DNA of 63,705 nt, counting the filler, from Octopus bimaculoides (taxonomy: Eukaryota), in NCBI RefSeq assembly GCF_001194135.2. It is 5 parts of 5 records of this genome, joined end to end, with 100 filler letters (N's around TTAATTAATTAA, not from the genome) between each part and the next. Parts side by side here need not be neighbours in the genome. Positions count along the whole stretch, not along the records: positions 12,204 to 38,280 come from NC_068982.1; 4 more parts are not named here. One strand, 5' to 3'. Position 1 is the first letter of the stretch. Every line of letters starts with the position of its first letter. The position numbers and the translations under genes are program-made. The notes below the pieces were generated by a model, which searched no databases, had not been told where the DNA came from, and saw only the letters and a program-made list of their open reading frames with translations. Shown in pieces: positions 13,300 through 27,033 of this stretch.

Positions 13300-14280
13300 G
13301 CACACATACGTGTGTATTTGTGTATATACGTATAAATAGGTACATATATGTATATATATATATGAATTTATATCTATATATGGGTACATATTTTAATATA
13401 TACATATATGCATATATATGTATGCATGTACGCATGTATGCATGTATGTATATATGCACACATACACACACACATATATAAGGGCAGGAAGTGGATAAAA
13501 ACTATAAGGGTTCATAGAGTTCTTGTACAATTGTATTTTTTATTTATTTAATTAGACTTGTTTGGGCGCAAGGATACAAACAGATGTTAGGGAGAAAAGT
13601 TGGTTGACATCTCAGTCATCAACTGGCTCTTACGTTAACGACTAAGCGTACTTTTCTTGTTTATTTATCTATTTCTTACGACATCATCAGCCACTCGACA
13701 TAATCGAAACCAGATGTTGATTGCAAACATGTTTTAACGATTTCTCACAAATATCATGCAAAACTGATGGGGTTAATACTTTTGGAGGAAGTTTGTCGCA
13801 GAAGTTTTTGTGTAAGGAAAAACAAGAAAGTAAAAATGCCAACCGGTTTTTTTTTCTCGCTAGAAGCTTCTACACAGGGATTCTAAGAAGAATTTTGCAA
13901 GGCGGAACATGACTATTTTCGAACTCCAGGTGGTGGAAGTCCTTTCAAAACTCAAGAAGGTTGTAAGGTGGGGGTCCCCAACCACAAGGCCACAGACCAG
14001 CAAAATTCAAGAAGGATGTCAGACGAGTTGGTCACGGATGGAAAACATGTGATCATAAGTCTGATCTGGAGCTAAAGAGCAGAAAACCTCTATTTGGCTG
14101 ATTGATCTGTTAAAACTAACTACCAAATCTCACTCAAATTACGCCAAACTAATTTTAAATAAAGGGACAGGCACATTGGATCATGTTGTCTTAGGTACCC
14201 ATAAAAAATAAGACGGTTAAGTCTGGAATACCATTGAGCATGCAGCATGGCTGGTCATTTGAGGCTGACTCGAGGCTAAG

Positions 14281-14297
14281 CAGCAGAAGCAGAAGCA

Positions 14298-14346
<49 letters not shown>

Positions 14347-14395
14347 AAGCAGCAGCAGAAGCAGTAGCAGCAGCAGCAGCAGCAGCAGCAACAAC
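14281..14395. repeat. (CAG)n microsatellite with interspersed AAG
   Basis: Direct reading; produces the spurious poly-L, poly-C and poly-S ORFs. Confidence 0.95.
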
Positions 14396-15484
14396 ATTTG
14401 TATTTCATTCCTGTTGAAATGTCATAACTGAGTGATGATAACACTTTAGGTATATCGGGGCATTGCGCAAAGACTCTGTGAATTCCATTCTCCTACTTGT
14501 GTTATGCTTCATGTAAGGATTTGAATCCATCAGGGCAAACTATTGGAACAATCGGCCGTGTTACGGTGTAGCCATCACTTTCACTTGTTTACAATAGCCT
14601 CGAGTGACCCATAGAATGCTACGTATCTAAACAAGGACATATCAATGACCAATATAAGTCACCGAACGTTCTGTTTATTTCTTTATCATTTTATTTCATA
14701 TCGAATTTAAGACGCCGAATTGGCAGGATCGTCACCATGTCGGAATAACTTAGTGACAGTTCTTCCGTCCCTTTATGTTGTGAGTTCTAATGCAGCTGAT
14801 CCGACTTTATCTTTCATCCTTCCCGGGTCGATAAAATAAGTACCAGATCAACACTGGGGTCGATGTAATCGACATGCTCTCTCATTGAAGCTGTTTAGCC
14901 TTGTGTCAAAATTAGAAAGAATTATTTCATACCACATCTTTTAAACAGCGTTGTTAGTTACAGATTTCCTACAGATCAGTTATAAAATCAGCCCGTTTAT
15001 GATAGCTAGAGTAATAAGGGATCACCTTTAAAAGTAAGAAAGAAAAAATATCACAAGGGGGTGGTATTTTGTTTTGAAAACACGTTTATCAACATTGCTC
15101 TAAATCTCAATTTTCCACATATTTCAGTTTAATTTTATGTTTTGTCAGTTATTCCAAGAAGGAAGAAAGAAGTCTAGAGACGCTAAGGAAAGAACAACAT
15201 ACGAAACAAAACTTTGCTGATGTTGAGTTTATATAGTTAGAGGTTAATGGCCAAAGAAGAAATAGTTATAAGAGAGGAAACTTCAGAGTATTGATGTTCA
15301 GAAGCAGTAAGATACCACAAATTATTTAAAAATAATTTTAGTCATGGATAATTTAGATTTCGTATGATCGTTCGCAAGAGATTTATATTTCTCTGATATG
15401 ACCATAACATATTGTTGATTATGAAACGTGAATAATAAAAAATAAGCAACAAAGACAACAAAAATCAGAATAAAAAACAAATAC

Positions 15485-15625
15485 CTGTTTCGTACTCTGT
15501 GCAGATGCTATACCTACTCCTTCAATTATAGGACTTGTATATCCAGGCGGGCAAGGTGTACACGTAAATCCTGGAGATAAGTTCGTACAGGTAGCCATTT
15601 TATCACACGGTCTGCTAAACTGACA
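15485..15625 (-). CDS. Tsp: Thrombospondin exon: calcium-binding EGF with the TSP/COMP GVG insertion (phase 0 to 0)
   Basis: Acceptor atatcttttcag|, donor CAG|gtattt; 141 nt: CQFSRPCDKMATCTNLSPGFTCTPCPPGYTSPIIEGVGIASAQSTKQ (inside ORF 15419..15730). Confidence 0.95.
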
Positions 15626-17020
15626 CTGAAAAGATATTTTTGTAAACATAATGTAAATATTATTAATGAATCTCTTACCGAATATACTATTGTTTAATAT
15701 GACAGTAATGAATTTACGTTCTGTGTTCAAATTCCGCCGAGGTCGACTTTACTCTTCATCCTTTCGGAGTCGATAAAATAAGTATCATTTGAGAACTGGG
15801 ATCAATGCAATCGACCCGAAATTGCTGACCATATGCCAAAATTTGGAATCGATATGATAGTAATGAATCTATTACTGTTTATGTATACAAGGACATGTAA
15901 GGCGGCGAACCGACAGAATCGTTAGGACGCCGGGGAAAAACGGCATTTCTTCCGATTTTGTGCTCTGAGTTCAAGTGCTGACGTGGTCAACTTTACCTTT
16001 CATCTTTTCGGGGTCAATAAAGCAAATACAAATTGAACACTGGGGTCGATGTAATCAACTTACCCCCAAAATATATACAAGGACATAGTGAGGAACGCAT
16101 GCGCCAAGTTACAGAGCCGCCTTGAGGCTGTGGTGGAAACTGAGGATGGCCACTTTTAGTAAAATGTTATTTCCCAGCCATAATCTAGTTGATATTAAAA
16201 CATTTTTTAAAATACTTTATTTTTGGCTGATGGGATACTGTGTTTTCTTTTCCTTTTATACAAACTGTCAAATTTAGCCCGAGTACTCTGTATTATGTAT
16301 ACATTTACGTACCCAGGGGTGCACTGTGTTAAAGCAAGCAAATGAGAAATTTTAAAATATATTCGATAAAACAACTACAGCCGTCACTCGGAAGCGAGTA
16401 TGACATTTTAGGGCGTGCCATGTTTTCGCTAATTGCTTTAGCTGCCTACGTATACGCGAACTGGCATAGGCATCGTACAATTCTCAAACCCTTGGCCCAG
16501 AGGAATATCTAGGATGTGACAGCTGGAGGGAACGAGTAGTGTACACCAGCTCGTTTTTATCTGGATTGACTGGAGCAACATGAAATGAAGTGCCTTGCCT
16601 AAGAATACATTACGCCGCGTGGTTCAGGAATTTTGCCGTCGCTACGTTCTGATTTCTAATTCTGCCGCAGTCGACTTTGCGTTTCATCCTTCGGGGTCGA
16701 TAAATTAAGTACCTGTGAAACACTGAGGTCGATGTAATCGACTAGTCCACTCCCCACAAATTTCGGGCATTGTGCCTATAGTGGAAAGCATTATTATAAT
16801 TATGAAGGCGGCGAGTTAGTAGAATCGTTAGCACGGTGAACGAAATGCGTAGCGATATTTCACCCGTCGCTCCGTTCTGAGTTCAAATTCCGCCGAGGTT
16901 GACTTTACCTTTCATCCTTTCGGGGTTAATAAATTAAATACCAGTTAAAACACTGGGGTTGCTGTAATCGACTCATGCCCACCCCACAAACTGCCGCCCT
17001 TGTGGAAAAATTTTAAACCC

Positions 17021-17054
<34 letters not shown>

Positions 17055-17653
17055 GGCAGCGAGTTGGCAGAATCGTTAGCATGCCGGGCAAAATGCTTAG
17101 CGGCATTTTATCGGTTTTGACGGCCTGAGTTAAAATTCCGTCGCAGTCGACATTGCCTTTCATCCCTTTGGGTCGATAAAAGTACCAGTTGTGCACTGGG
17201 GTAAATGTAATCGACTTGCTCCTCCTCCTCCAAAATTTCAGGCCTTGTGCCTATGGTTAAAAGATTACTATCGTTATTATTATTATTTTTTTTATTATGA
17301 TGATGATGATGAAGAAGATAATGATGTTAATATGATGATAGTGCAATGCTGATGATGATCAGGATGATATCCGCGTGATAACATTATCTTACCTCATTTA
17401 TATCAACACAGTATGTTCCGTTTCCGCTGTAGCCAGATGGACAAGCTCCACAAATATACCCACGAAGTCCGTTTGTGCAATTGACACCTGGGAAGCAAGG
17501 TTCATCACGACAAGTAATTTCAGCTGGCTTACATCCATGGAGTGTGCCGTCTCCGGTATAATGTGCAGGACAGCTTCCACATCTATAGCCGCTTATAGTG
17601 TCGGTACAGGTCACTCCTGGAATGAGAGAAAAAGTAATTATACATACATACAT

Positions 17654-17713
<60 letters not shown>

Positions 17714-20700
17714 GTTATCTTTTACTTGTTTCAGTTATTGGACTGCAGCCATGCTGAGGCGATGCTTGAAAAGTTTTAGTCGAACGAATCGACTGCAATA
17801 CTTATTTTGTTATAAGGCCTGGTACTTATCGGTCTCTTATTCGAACTACAAAGTCATGGGGGACATAAACAAACTAATATCGGTTATCAGGCGATAGTAT
17901 AGGTCAAATATATGTCGATTATTGATTACAGAAAGCGATAGCAGAATACTATTGAAAATAAATTGTTTCTATTATAATACCTATAAATTATATTTTAACT
18001 AGAAGGGTAAAAGAATTGTAAAGGTGGGGTAAAATGTCTTAAGGCACTTGGATATGTTCCATTATGCTCTGAAATCAAATCTCGTTAGGATCAACTTTGT
18101 GTTTTATTCTCCCAGAATCGATAATATAAGCACCAATAATATACACAGTCGATTCAAATTACGCCGAGGTCGACTTTGCCTTTCATCCTTTCAGGGTCGA
18201 TTAAATTAAGTACCAGCTGCGACTGCCCCCACCCAAATTTCAGGCCTTGTGCCTAGAGTAGAAAAGAATATACACAGTCGATTAGGGAGTTTGTGTTCTT
18301 GTTTAGAAATTCTTATTTAGTTCGAACATGAAGGCAATTTACATAGATTTGGTTTGAGTTCGATATTCCGAGAATGTTATCGAATTTGACGAGTACTTGG
18401 AAGAGGCTGAAAGAATGTGGCTGTAACAAAACCAAGGTAAGAGTATTCATTTTCGTTTCTTAGTGTATAATAACGTTTGATAAAATCTGCATTATAATCT
18501 TAGCAGTTCGTCTAGTTCAAGTCGGTTCTGGTATGAGTTATACACTACACTCTGTTGCTGATCACGATTGCTATTGTACTGCCATATTATATTATCTTTT
18601 ACTTGTTTCAATGATTAGACTTCGGGCATGCTGGAGCATTGGAAAATGGAATGTGAATGTTAACAATTGCTTAAATAGCAATAGAATTCAAATAAAATCG
18701 ATTTCAAAATTCACGAGTACTTGAAAAACTCGGAGTGGCTGTGTGGTAAGAAGCTTGCTTCCCAACCACATAGTTCCGGGTTCAGTCCCACTGCGTGGCA
18801 CCTTGGGAAAGTGTCATCTACTATAGCCTCGTGTCGACCAAAGCCTTGTGAGTAGAATTCGTAGACGGGAACTGAAAGAAGCCCGTCGTNNNNNNNNNNN
18901 NNNNNNNNNNNNNNNNNNNNNNNNNNNNNNNNNNNNNNNNNNNNNATATATATATATATATGTATGTATGTATGTATGCATGTATGTATGTATTTGTGTG
19001 TCTATATTGTCCTACCACCATCGCTTGATAACTGATGTTGGTGTGTTTATGTCCCTGAAACTTAGCGGTTCGGCAAAAGCGACCGATAGAATAAGTACTA
19101 GGATTACAAAGAATAAGACCTCGGGTCTATTTGTTCGACTAAAGGTGATACTCCAGCATGGCCACAGTCAAAATGACTGGCACAAGTAAAAGAATAAAAG
19201 AATAAAGTAAAAGTTAGCGCTAATCCCCATAGAAACTTTTGGTATTTGATTGACTCACGTTCTATATATTAGAGTTAAGGCGGAGAGCTAGCAGAATCGT
19301 TAGTACGCCGGACAAAATACTTTGCAGCATTTCGTCCGGTTTTACGCTCTGAGTTCAAATTCTGCCGAGGTCGACTTTGCCTTTCATCCTCTCGGGGTCG
19401 ATAAAATAAGCACCAGTTGAACACTGAGGTCGATGGAATCGACTTGCCCCCTCCCCCGAAATCAATATTTAAGTGGACAACAATCTATGTGAAAAGGTGT
19501 TATTGATAATAGTGATGATATCGATGATGCTGAAGATGATATTATTTCAGCATCTGCAATGGCTACAACTGATGGAATTAAGATTTATGTATCATGAACA
19601 CAATATGTTAGTTTTAATCGGATTATGTATGAAGAACATGTGCTAGATGGGTTTAATTTTTGATATCCTGTCGTTTAGCACATTTTATCACTGTGCACTC
19701 TAAACAGCTGTTAAACTGTACAGTTAATTAAAAATATGTTGAACTATATTCCGTCTGTTAACAAACCCTGTAATGACTAGACCCGTATTTCGTAGCAGGA
19801 GCATGACCTAATTGTTGAAAATATAAACATGATATTCAAATATCTTAAGATTTAAACTTGAAATATATAATGTTAAAGAGTGTAACCACGAAAACATGTT
19901 CAGAGACACCCAAAGTCAATTTTATAACAGACGCTGAGGGAGAAAAAGGCAATCCGAATCATTGTAAACTGCTGTGATTTCACTCTGTTGCAGTGTTTAT
20001 TTTCTATTTATTTGGTGTAAATGTGTAAATGAAATGCTGTAAAAATATCCAACTGAGTTCATATGCAATGTTTCGTTCTCAAATTCTTTACAGTAACTTC
20101 CAAAAATTTAAGATTTTAGCTAATTTTATATATGTTCGTTCTACTATAGGCATAAGGCCTGAAATTTTGTTAGGAGAAGCAAGTAGATATCATCGACTCC
20201 AGTGCTCAACTGGTACTGATTTTAAAGATTTCAAAAAGATGAAAGGCCAAGTCAGTTTCGGTGGAATCTGAGCTCAGAACATAAATCCGGAAGAAATGCC
20301 GCAAAGCATTTCATCCGGTCTGCTAACAGTTCCGTCAGGTCGCCGCCTTATATTAAGTTAACATTGGTTTCAAATTTTGGCACAAAGCCAGTAATTTCGG
20401 GGGTGGAGGTAAGTCGATTACATCGACCCCAACACTCAGCTAGCACATTATTTATCGACTCCAAAGGACAGAACGCAAAGTCAACACAGAACGTAAAGTC
20501 GGAAGAAATGCCGCAAATGCATTTTGTCCGGCGTGGTATCGATTCTGTCGAGTTGCCACATTACTTTAAGCTAATATTAAGATATTAATTAAACTCTAGA
20601 AAATTCATGTACAGTGTTTAAAAGTCTTATGGGAAGATTTTTAAAAATTCTGCTTTACAGTGAAACAGCAGGAGGAACAAAAAACAAAATTGCATTTAAG

Positions 20701-23700
20701 GTTTAAATTAACATTGGAATGATTGTCTTAAGCACCGAATCACAAATAAATGTTTTTGATCTGTTTCTCTTGATCTGAACAAGCATAAGGGGAAATGATA
20801 GATGTATTTAAAATAGAAATCATTATTAAAAAAAAAAATTAAACGTTGAACTTCCGATTTATTCAGCTGAAGAGAACGTAGAAAGTTTATAATGAATGAA
20901 ATCTCCCTATTTATATAGGAATGAAGAAATACGTGATGGTGACGATCCCGATGTTTATGGACAGAACAGTAGAATATTAGTTTCAAATTTTGGAAGAAGG
21001 CCAGGAATTTTGGGGGAGGGTACAAGTCGATTACATCGACCCCAGTGTCCAACTGGTACTTAATTTATCAACCCCCAAGAGAATGAAAGGAAAAAGTCAA
21101 CCTCGGAGGAATTTGAACCCAGAATGTGCGGTATCGCTAAGTATTTTGCGCGGCGTGCTGACAATTCTGCCAGCTCGCCACTTTTAAGAGCAGTAGAATA
21201 TTGAGATGTTCATATCTTTCCAGAAGATACTAGTAGCATAAAGGAAGAAAACGCCACGTAACTGATCAGAAGCAGGTTTGTCAATTTCAATACTTAAATG
21301 TCGCTGTCAGAATGTACACAGCAAGAATGACACAGACAATAAACAATAAATCAGTTTCGGTTTTCAAATAAATTCGTTCGTGTATCGTTTTAAAAATTTG
21401 AATAGATTTTACCTCTTTTAGGACATATGATGATGGGGTGCCAACTTAAAAAAAAAAAAAAACGAAAAAATTTATCTGACAACTCATAACATATACAGTA
21501 GCGAGCAAAAACAGAGAGCGGTTAATATTAATTCGCAATTGGTTTCGTAAATACGTTTAACCATTAGCTAAATTCTGTGAAAAATCTAAGTTTGTACGAT
21601 GGTCTTAATAAAAGTTAATAACATTAATATTAGTATCGTCCAAATGCCTCATGTGCAAAATAAGAGAACGATCAAACCAAAAAATGCTTCAATTAATTCA
21701 AAATCATAATAATTGAAAGAAATGTAAATATGAACTTGATACAATTATTATGATGTTTGTAGATCTTTGCTAGACATCACTTCTGCACATCAATTGCCAC
21801 AGGACATAAGTTTCCTGCACAAGTCAGGTGTTACTTTCTTCCATTTCTCTTCTAATATCTCCCATAAATTCGTCGTAGTAGTTGGTGCCCTTTGTGTTAC
21901 TTTGNNNNNNNNNNTTACTTTCTTCCATTTCTCTTCTAATATCTCCCATAAATTCGTCGTAGTAGTTGGTGCCCTTTGTGTTACTTTGTCTCCAAGTATC
22001 TTCCAAAGGTTTTCAATTGGATTTAAATCTGGATTTTGTGCTGGCTACTTCATTACATGGATGTTTTGTTCACTAAAGAATCCAGTGACACGCTTTGCAG
22101 TATGATAAGGGGCTTTATCTTGCATGAAAATTCACGGTTGATTCGAAAATGCTCGTAATGATGGGCTCAAATGCTATTTAACCAAATCCAAATAGATATT
22201 AGTGTTAATAGTCCCTTTAATCTGCACTAGAGGACCAACTTCTTAAGAAGAAATCATTCCCCACACCATGACGCTTCCTCCTCCAAACTTGGCAGATTTC
22301 TTCAGGCTCTTGGATTTCAGCCGATCTCCTGTGAAGCGCCTAACATACTGCCTACCATCTGAACCTACTAAATTGAATTTGCTTTCATCGCTAAAATGAA
22401 CTTTTGACCACTTTTCACTCCTCCAGTTCACATGAAATGAAAGTATTTCCAATTTGTTCTTCTTGCTGATGAGGTTTCGTTGCCGGGGAACAAGTCTTTA
22501 ATCCAAATTCCTTCAGACGGCGAGACTGTAAAGCGGCTCACCATTATTTACATTTATTTTCTTAGAAATTCCAGTCGCAGTCTCGAAAGGTTCCTTCATG
22601 GCTCGATTATCACGCATGGTGGTTTTGCGTGGTCTACCAGTTGCCTTTTTCGGTTCAAAACCTTTAGTTTCTTCATAGAGCTTAAGAACACGTGAAACTA
22701 CACTCTTAGATTTCCTGTGAAATAGCCGAGAGAGTCATTCATGAAATTTTCATCTTAGCAATTTCTTTTCGGAGGTCGGGAGTAACTTTAGCGTGGTGTG
22801 CCATGTACGGAAGCTAGCACAATACTGAGACAATAGTAACGTTCAGCCTGCAAATGTAAACAATGTTTGAAATTTCCAGAAATTTCTGAAGGAATCTAAT
22901 CGTTCTCTTATTTTGCACATGAGACATTTGGACGAAACTAGTGGTAGCGTTATTAACTTTTATTAAGACCAGTGTACAAACTTAGATTTTTCAGAGAATT
23001 TAACTAATAATTAACCGTGTTTACGAAACCGATTACGAATTTGTACGTTCACTAGCTTTTCCGACATTTAAAAAAATATTAATCGTTCTCTTTTTTTTTT
23101 GCTCGCTACTGTAGTCAATACTAATCACATTACACCATGTTAAGATGGATTAGAGTGAAGGTAATACGGACCAAATTTGTGTGTCAACCGTTACATATCA
23201 GAAGAACATTTCTATTGTCCATTGTGGTAGACACTTCGCCCAGTAACAAAAATCAGAGGCAGAATTTGAGGCAAGTTGACGAGTATTAGAAAGCTCAGGT
23301 TAGAAGATGATCAAAAGTAGCTATCCAATCAATAAGAAAAGTCGTTGCACACCAAAAAAGAAAAAAAAAAGCGAACACGTATCAATGAGTGAGCCTCTAA
23401 TTAATTGTTCAACCAGTTAGAAATAGCTTCCAAATCTCTTCCAAATATCATTTATAATCTTAAAACTCTCATGGAGTCGTTATGTAAATCAACAACAACA
23501 ATAAACTGGGTAATCCCGGCCGAACGGAGAAACTATATAACAAATGAAATCTTCAAATTTGTATAGGAAGGAAAAAATAAACTGTGGTGACGATTATACG
23601 TTTCCCAGTAGCGTTAATGTCCTTAGCTAAATAAAAATACTTCACGCTAGAACTAATCCTGATCTCGGCTTTTACCAAGACAACTTTAAATTTTCTCCAT

Positions 23701-23821
23701 GGCTGTACTAATGACTATAGTGACTCATCTTTTTTCTCTCCCTCTTTCCCTCCATATTTAAAAAATTATTTTACTGGCTTCAGTCAATGGATATACCTAT
23801 GGTAGGGGATATATATGTATG

Positions 23822-23870
<49 letters not shown>

Positions 23871-26800
23871 TGTATGTATGTGTGCGTGTATGTATGTGTG
23901 TATGTATGTCTGTATATGTATGAATGTATGGATGCGTATGCGTTTATGTGTTCTTGTGTGCATGTATACGTAACAAAAACTTCTTTGTTAGTCTATATGA
24001 AAATGTCACAAAAGGAGTGTTACTTTGCTCAGTAATTGGACACCCACCAAGACAACTGTTAACACATATTTTTTTGTGTAAATAATAACTGAGACAACAT
24101 GGGGAGATTTTCAAGGAGATTTTAGGCCTTGTTTTCTCATGAGACCAAAGTTATGCATGAAGCGATAGAGCGCAGTGTGGATTCTGACGATTATGTGCAT
24201 CATTTCAAAAGACGTGGTATCGTGAAAATATGTTTCATTTCAATTTACCACTACTTTCTGATATTGTTTTTACTTTTAACTAAGAAAGGGATGTGCCCCA
24301 CTGCCTTTTTACAAAAGAAATAATGTTTTATGGTTTGTTGCCACTTCCTAATACCAACCATTTTAGCTTTGCGCAATTGGTATACTTTTTCCAGAGAGAA
24401 AATGGGGGAAAGCTGCGTAAAGTGGTCTCATAAAAGTAGAAACATTTGAATGAATGGCACACAAAGAAACACCAGTGAAGCACTTGAAAATTTCATACAG
24501 TAAAAACATCAAAAAGTTAAACTGTTTTTCTGTGAGGTTTAGAATACCGTAGGAAAGGATCGAAATACAGATTCATCAAACCGAGTCAACCGGCAAGAGA
24601 CCTAGAGGTAGACCACGAAGAGTTAGATGGATAATATCCATGGTCTCAGTTGGACACGTTGTGAATTCACTGGAAAATGTAATGACGGTTGTTTCTGATA
24701 GGACCCCATGGAAGAGATGCCTGAGGACTCTACACTCATGACAAAGGATGGTTAGATTTAAAGATGGTAGGATTTAGAAAGTTGTAAGGATAAGCTTTAT
24801 AGATGCCTTTTAATAGGAAAGCAATATCGGTAAATGAAACGAAGTTATTTTCATAAACTTATAAAATAGAATCGCTATTTTTTTAATGAAAGATTTGTAT
24901 AAAAGCTTAAAGGGATATTTTTGACGTGAGGAGAAACAAAAGCAAAAATATTCATCACAGAAAATATAATGAAATAATCTTTCATTGTTTACCTGCAAAC
25001 ATTATTATGATGAGAATTTTATTTCGATTATTGAACTGAAATAAAAATGTTTCTAGCATTCCTCTAAAATAATTTTGGCGGCAAAACACCCGGAGTGTTT
25101 GAACACAAAAATCACACTTTCAATATCGTTGAGTTTCATTTCTCCTTAATGATGCCATAGTCATGCAAACTGCCTCAGTCAGGTTGTTTATATAGTCTTT
25201 AAACAGATAAAATAATTTACTAGGATATACTTGACAATCATGTTCCATAGTATTTTTCTTAATTTTATTTTTATTGACAGTATAAATATTAAAGAAATAT
25301 TGTTATCAAATTACCTGGATAACATGGTCTGTCATTACAAGACAGATATGCTGAACAAGATATACCGTCACCATAGAAACCTGGCGGGCATTCTCCACAA
25401 CGGAATCCATTTTCAGTATCAATGCAACGAACTCCAGAGAAACATGGATGAGAAGAACAGCGCCGGATATTTCCAGGTTCATTCGATCCTGCAAGTAAAT
25501 GCACATAAAAAAATTAGGTATTTGGAAGCAGTGCCAAATGTTCATTATATGAACTAAGCTGTTATTAATGGAAAGGATTAGCACATGCGTATACACACGT
25601 ACATATTAAAAGAAATATAAGATGTATACTGTGTAATTTCATGCCAGTATGTATACATTGTGTTGTTCCATAGTATATATTTTTGTATAACCCAAGACAT
25701 AATTTTATTTATAAACCCCTATGGTGGCAATGTTATCACGGTAGCGAATAGTGAAAAAGACACTTTATTTATTGAGAAGTTGGATACCCAGTGAATGCTA
25801 GGAGGAGTCTATCCAACGTTCAGTGGGTGTGTATTGGACATCAACTCCTTATGTTCAAGGCTGCATTCACTACACACGTTTACTCACAGATACACATACA
25901 TGCTCATACCCACCCAACCGCACGCCTACATATAATGTATAGGCTTAATAAATATTTTTAGCCTCGCAGCACAAGTAGACGCATGTTAGTTAACTAATGT
26001 ATTAAGAATGCGTTTTTGGATCATTTGTAAATAAATTTACATGCATACGTTAAATCAAAATACACACATTTAGCGCCGCTGCGCAGATATAGCTCGCGGT
26101 GAAACCAAAGAGCTATTTCCACAGTCCTAGTTAATTCGTGCACTTATGTTAACTAATATATTGGTATGTTAACGAGGAAAGTCAATATCTGGTGCTCATT
26201 GAACTTTTTGCTAGTGGATGTAAATTACACCCTCTCTCTGGAGATCAGATGTAGTAAGGACTTCTGGGTGAAGCTAGTGGAATTGCGAAGATGGAACTTT
26301 GTGGTTTCAACACTGGATCTATTTGCGCAGCAAAGCTGAATGTATATTTAATAAGCATAAACATGTACGTATATTATGTCTACAACTTGTACACTAACAC
26401 GCTGTCTCAGTACTTTATATATATATATATACATGATTAAACTGAAAACGGAGTGTAATTAGAAGTATTTTTTCGCACAACAATCCTTTCGGCTTCTTTC
26501 TGCACTGCTCCACAGGGTGCATGTGACGATGTAATGACATCAGATGCAGCGCACAGTGCAAAAGTGCCTCATCAGGTGACATAACATGCTTCAAATGTTA
26601 CCAGATTAACGCTACATTTTCGTTATATGGTGGTGAATAGAAAATGTAATATAAATCTGGTAATGTTTGAAGCATGTTATGTCAACTGATGAAGCTCTTT
26701 TGCACTGTGCGCTGCATCTGATGTCATGTATGTATGTATGTATGTATGTATATGTATATATATATATATGTATATATGTATATATATATGTATATATATA

Positions 26801-27000
26801 TGTATGTATATATANNNNNNNNNNNNNNNNNNNNNNNNNNNNNNNNNNNNNNNNNNNNNNNNNNNNNNNNNNNNNNNNNNNNNNNNNNNNNNNNNNNNNN
26901 NNNNNNNNNNNNNNNNNNNNNNNNNNNNNNNNNNNNNNNNNNNNNNNNNNNNNNNNNNNNNNNNNNNNNNNNNNNNNNNNNNNNNNNNNNNNNNNNNNNN

Positions 27001-27033
<33 letters not shown>

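Larger units (their letters stand above)
14709..19462 (+). mobile_element. Cluster of tRNA-derived SINE family B copies, all on the + strand
   Basis: Head AAGGCGGCGAGCTGGCAGAATCGTTAGC, B box GAGTTCAAATTCC, central GGTCGACTTTGCCTTTCATCCTTTCGGGGTCGATAAA.TAAGTACCAG. Copies at about 14709-14905, 15722-15850, 15899-16066, 16640-16790, 16805-17004, 17053-17252, 18075-18260 (fragments), 19277-19462. The span also contains two Tsp exons. Confidence 0.85.

Noticed and set aside
13665-13695. Minus-strand CTGATGA...GAAA hammerhead-like string
   Set aside because: Stem II has only one pair and the flanks cannot form stem I.
14191-14444. Poly-Leu, poly-Cys and poly-Ser ORFs (and poly-His/poly-Met ORFs at 43013-43282)
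   Set aside because: Translations of trinucleotide microsatellites; no splice signals or flanking coding context.
14709-19462. Repeats alternating with unique spacers, superficially CRISPR-like
   Set aside because: Units are about 190-bp diverged SINEs at irregular spacing in a eukaryotic intron; no cas genes.
21830-21990. ~70-bp tandem duplication inside the Tc1 transposase
   Set aside because: Two identical copies sit either side of a 10-N gap; most likely an unmerged contig overlap.
26078-26331. 15-bp imperfect inverted repeat GCTGCGCAGATATAG / ATCTATTTGCGCAGC
   Set aside because: About 12 of 15 match with no TSD; insufficient to call a MITE.
26566-26700. CTGATGA motifs in both arms of the long hairpin
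   Set aside because: No GAAA after a stem II, so no hammerhead fold.
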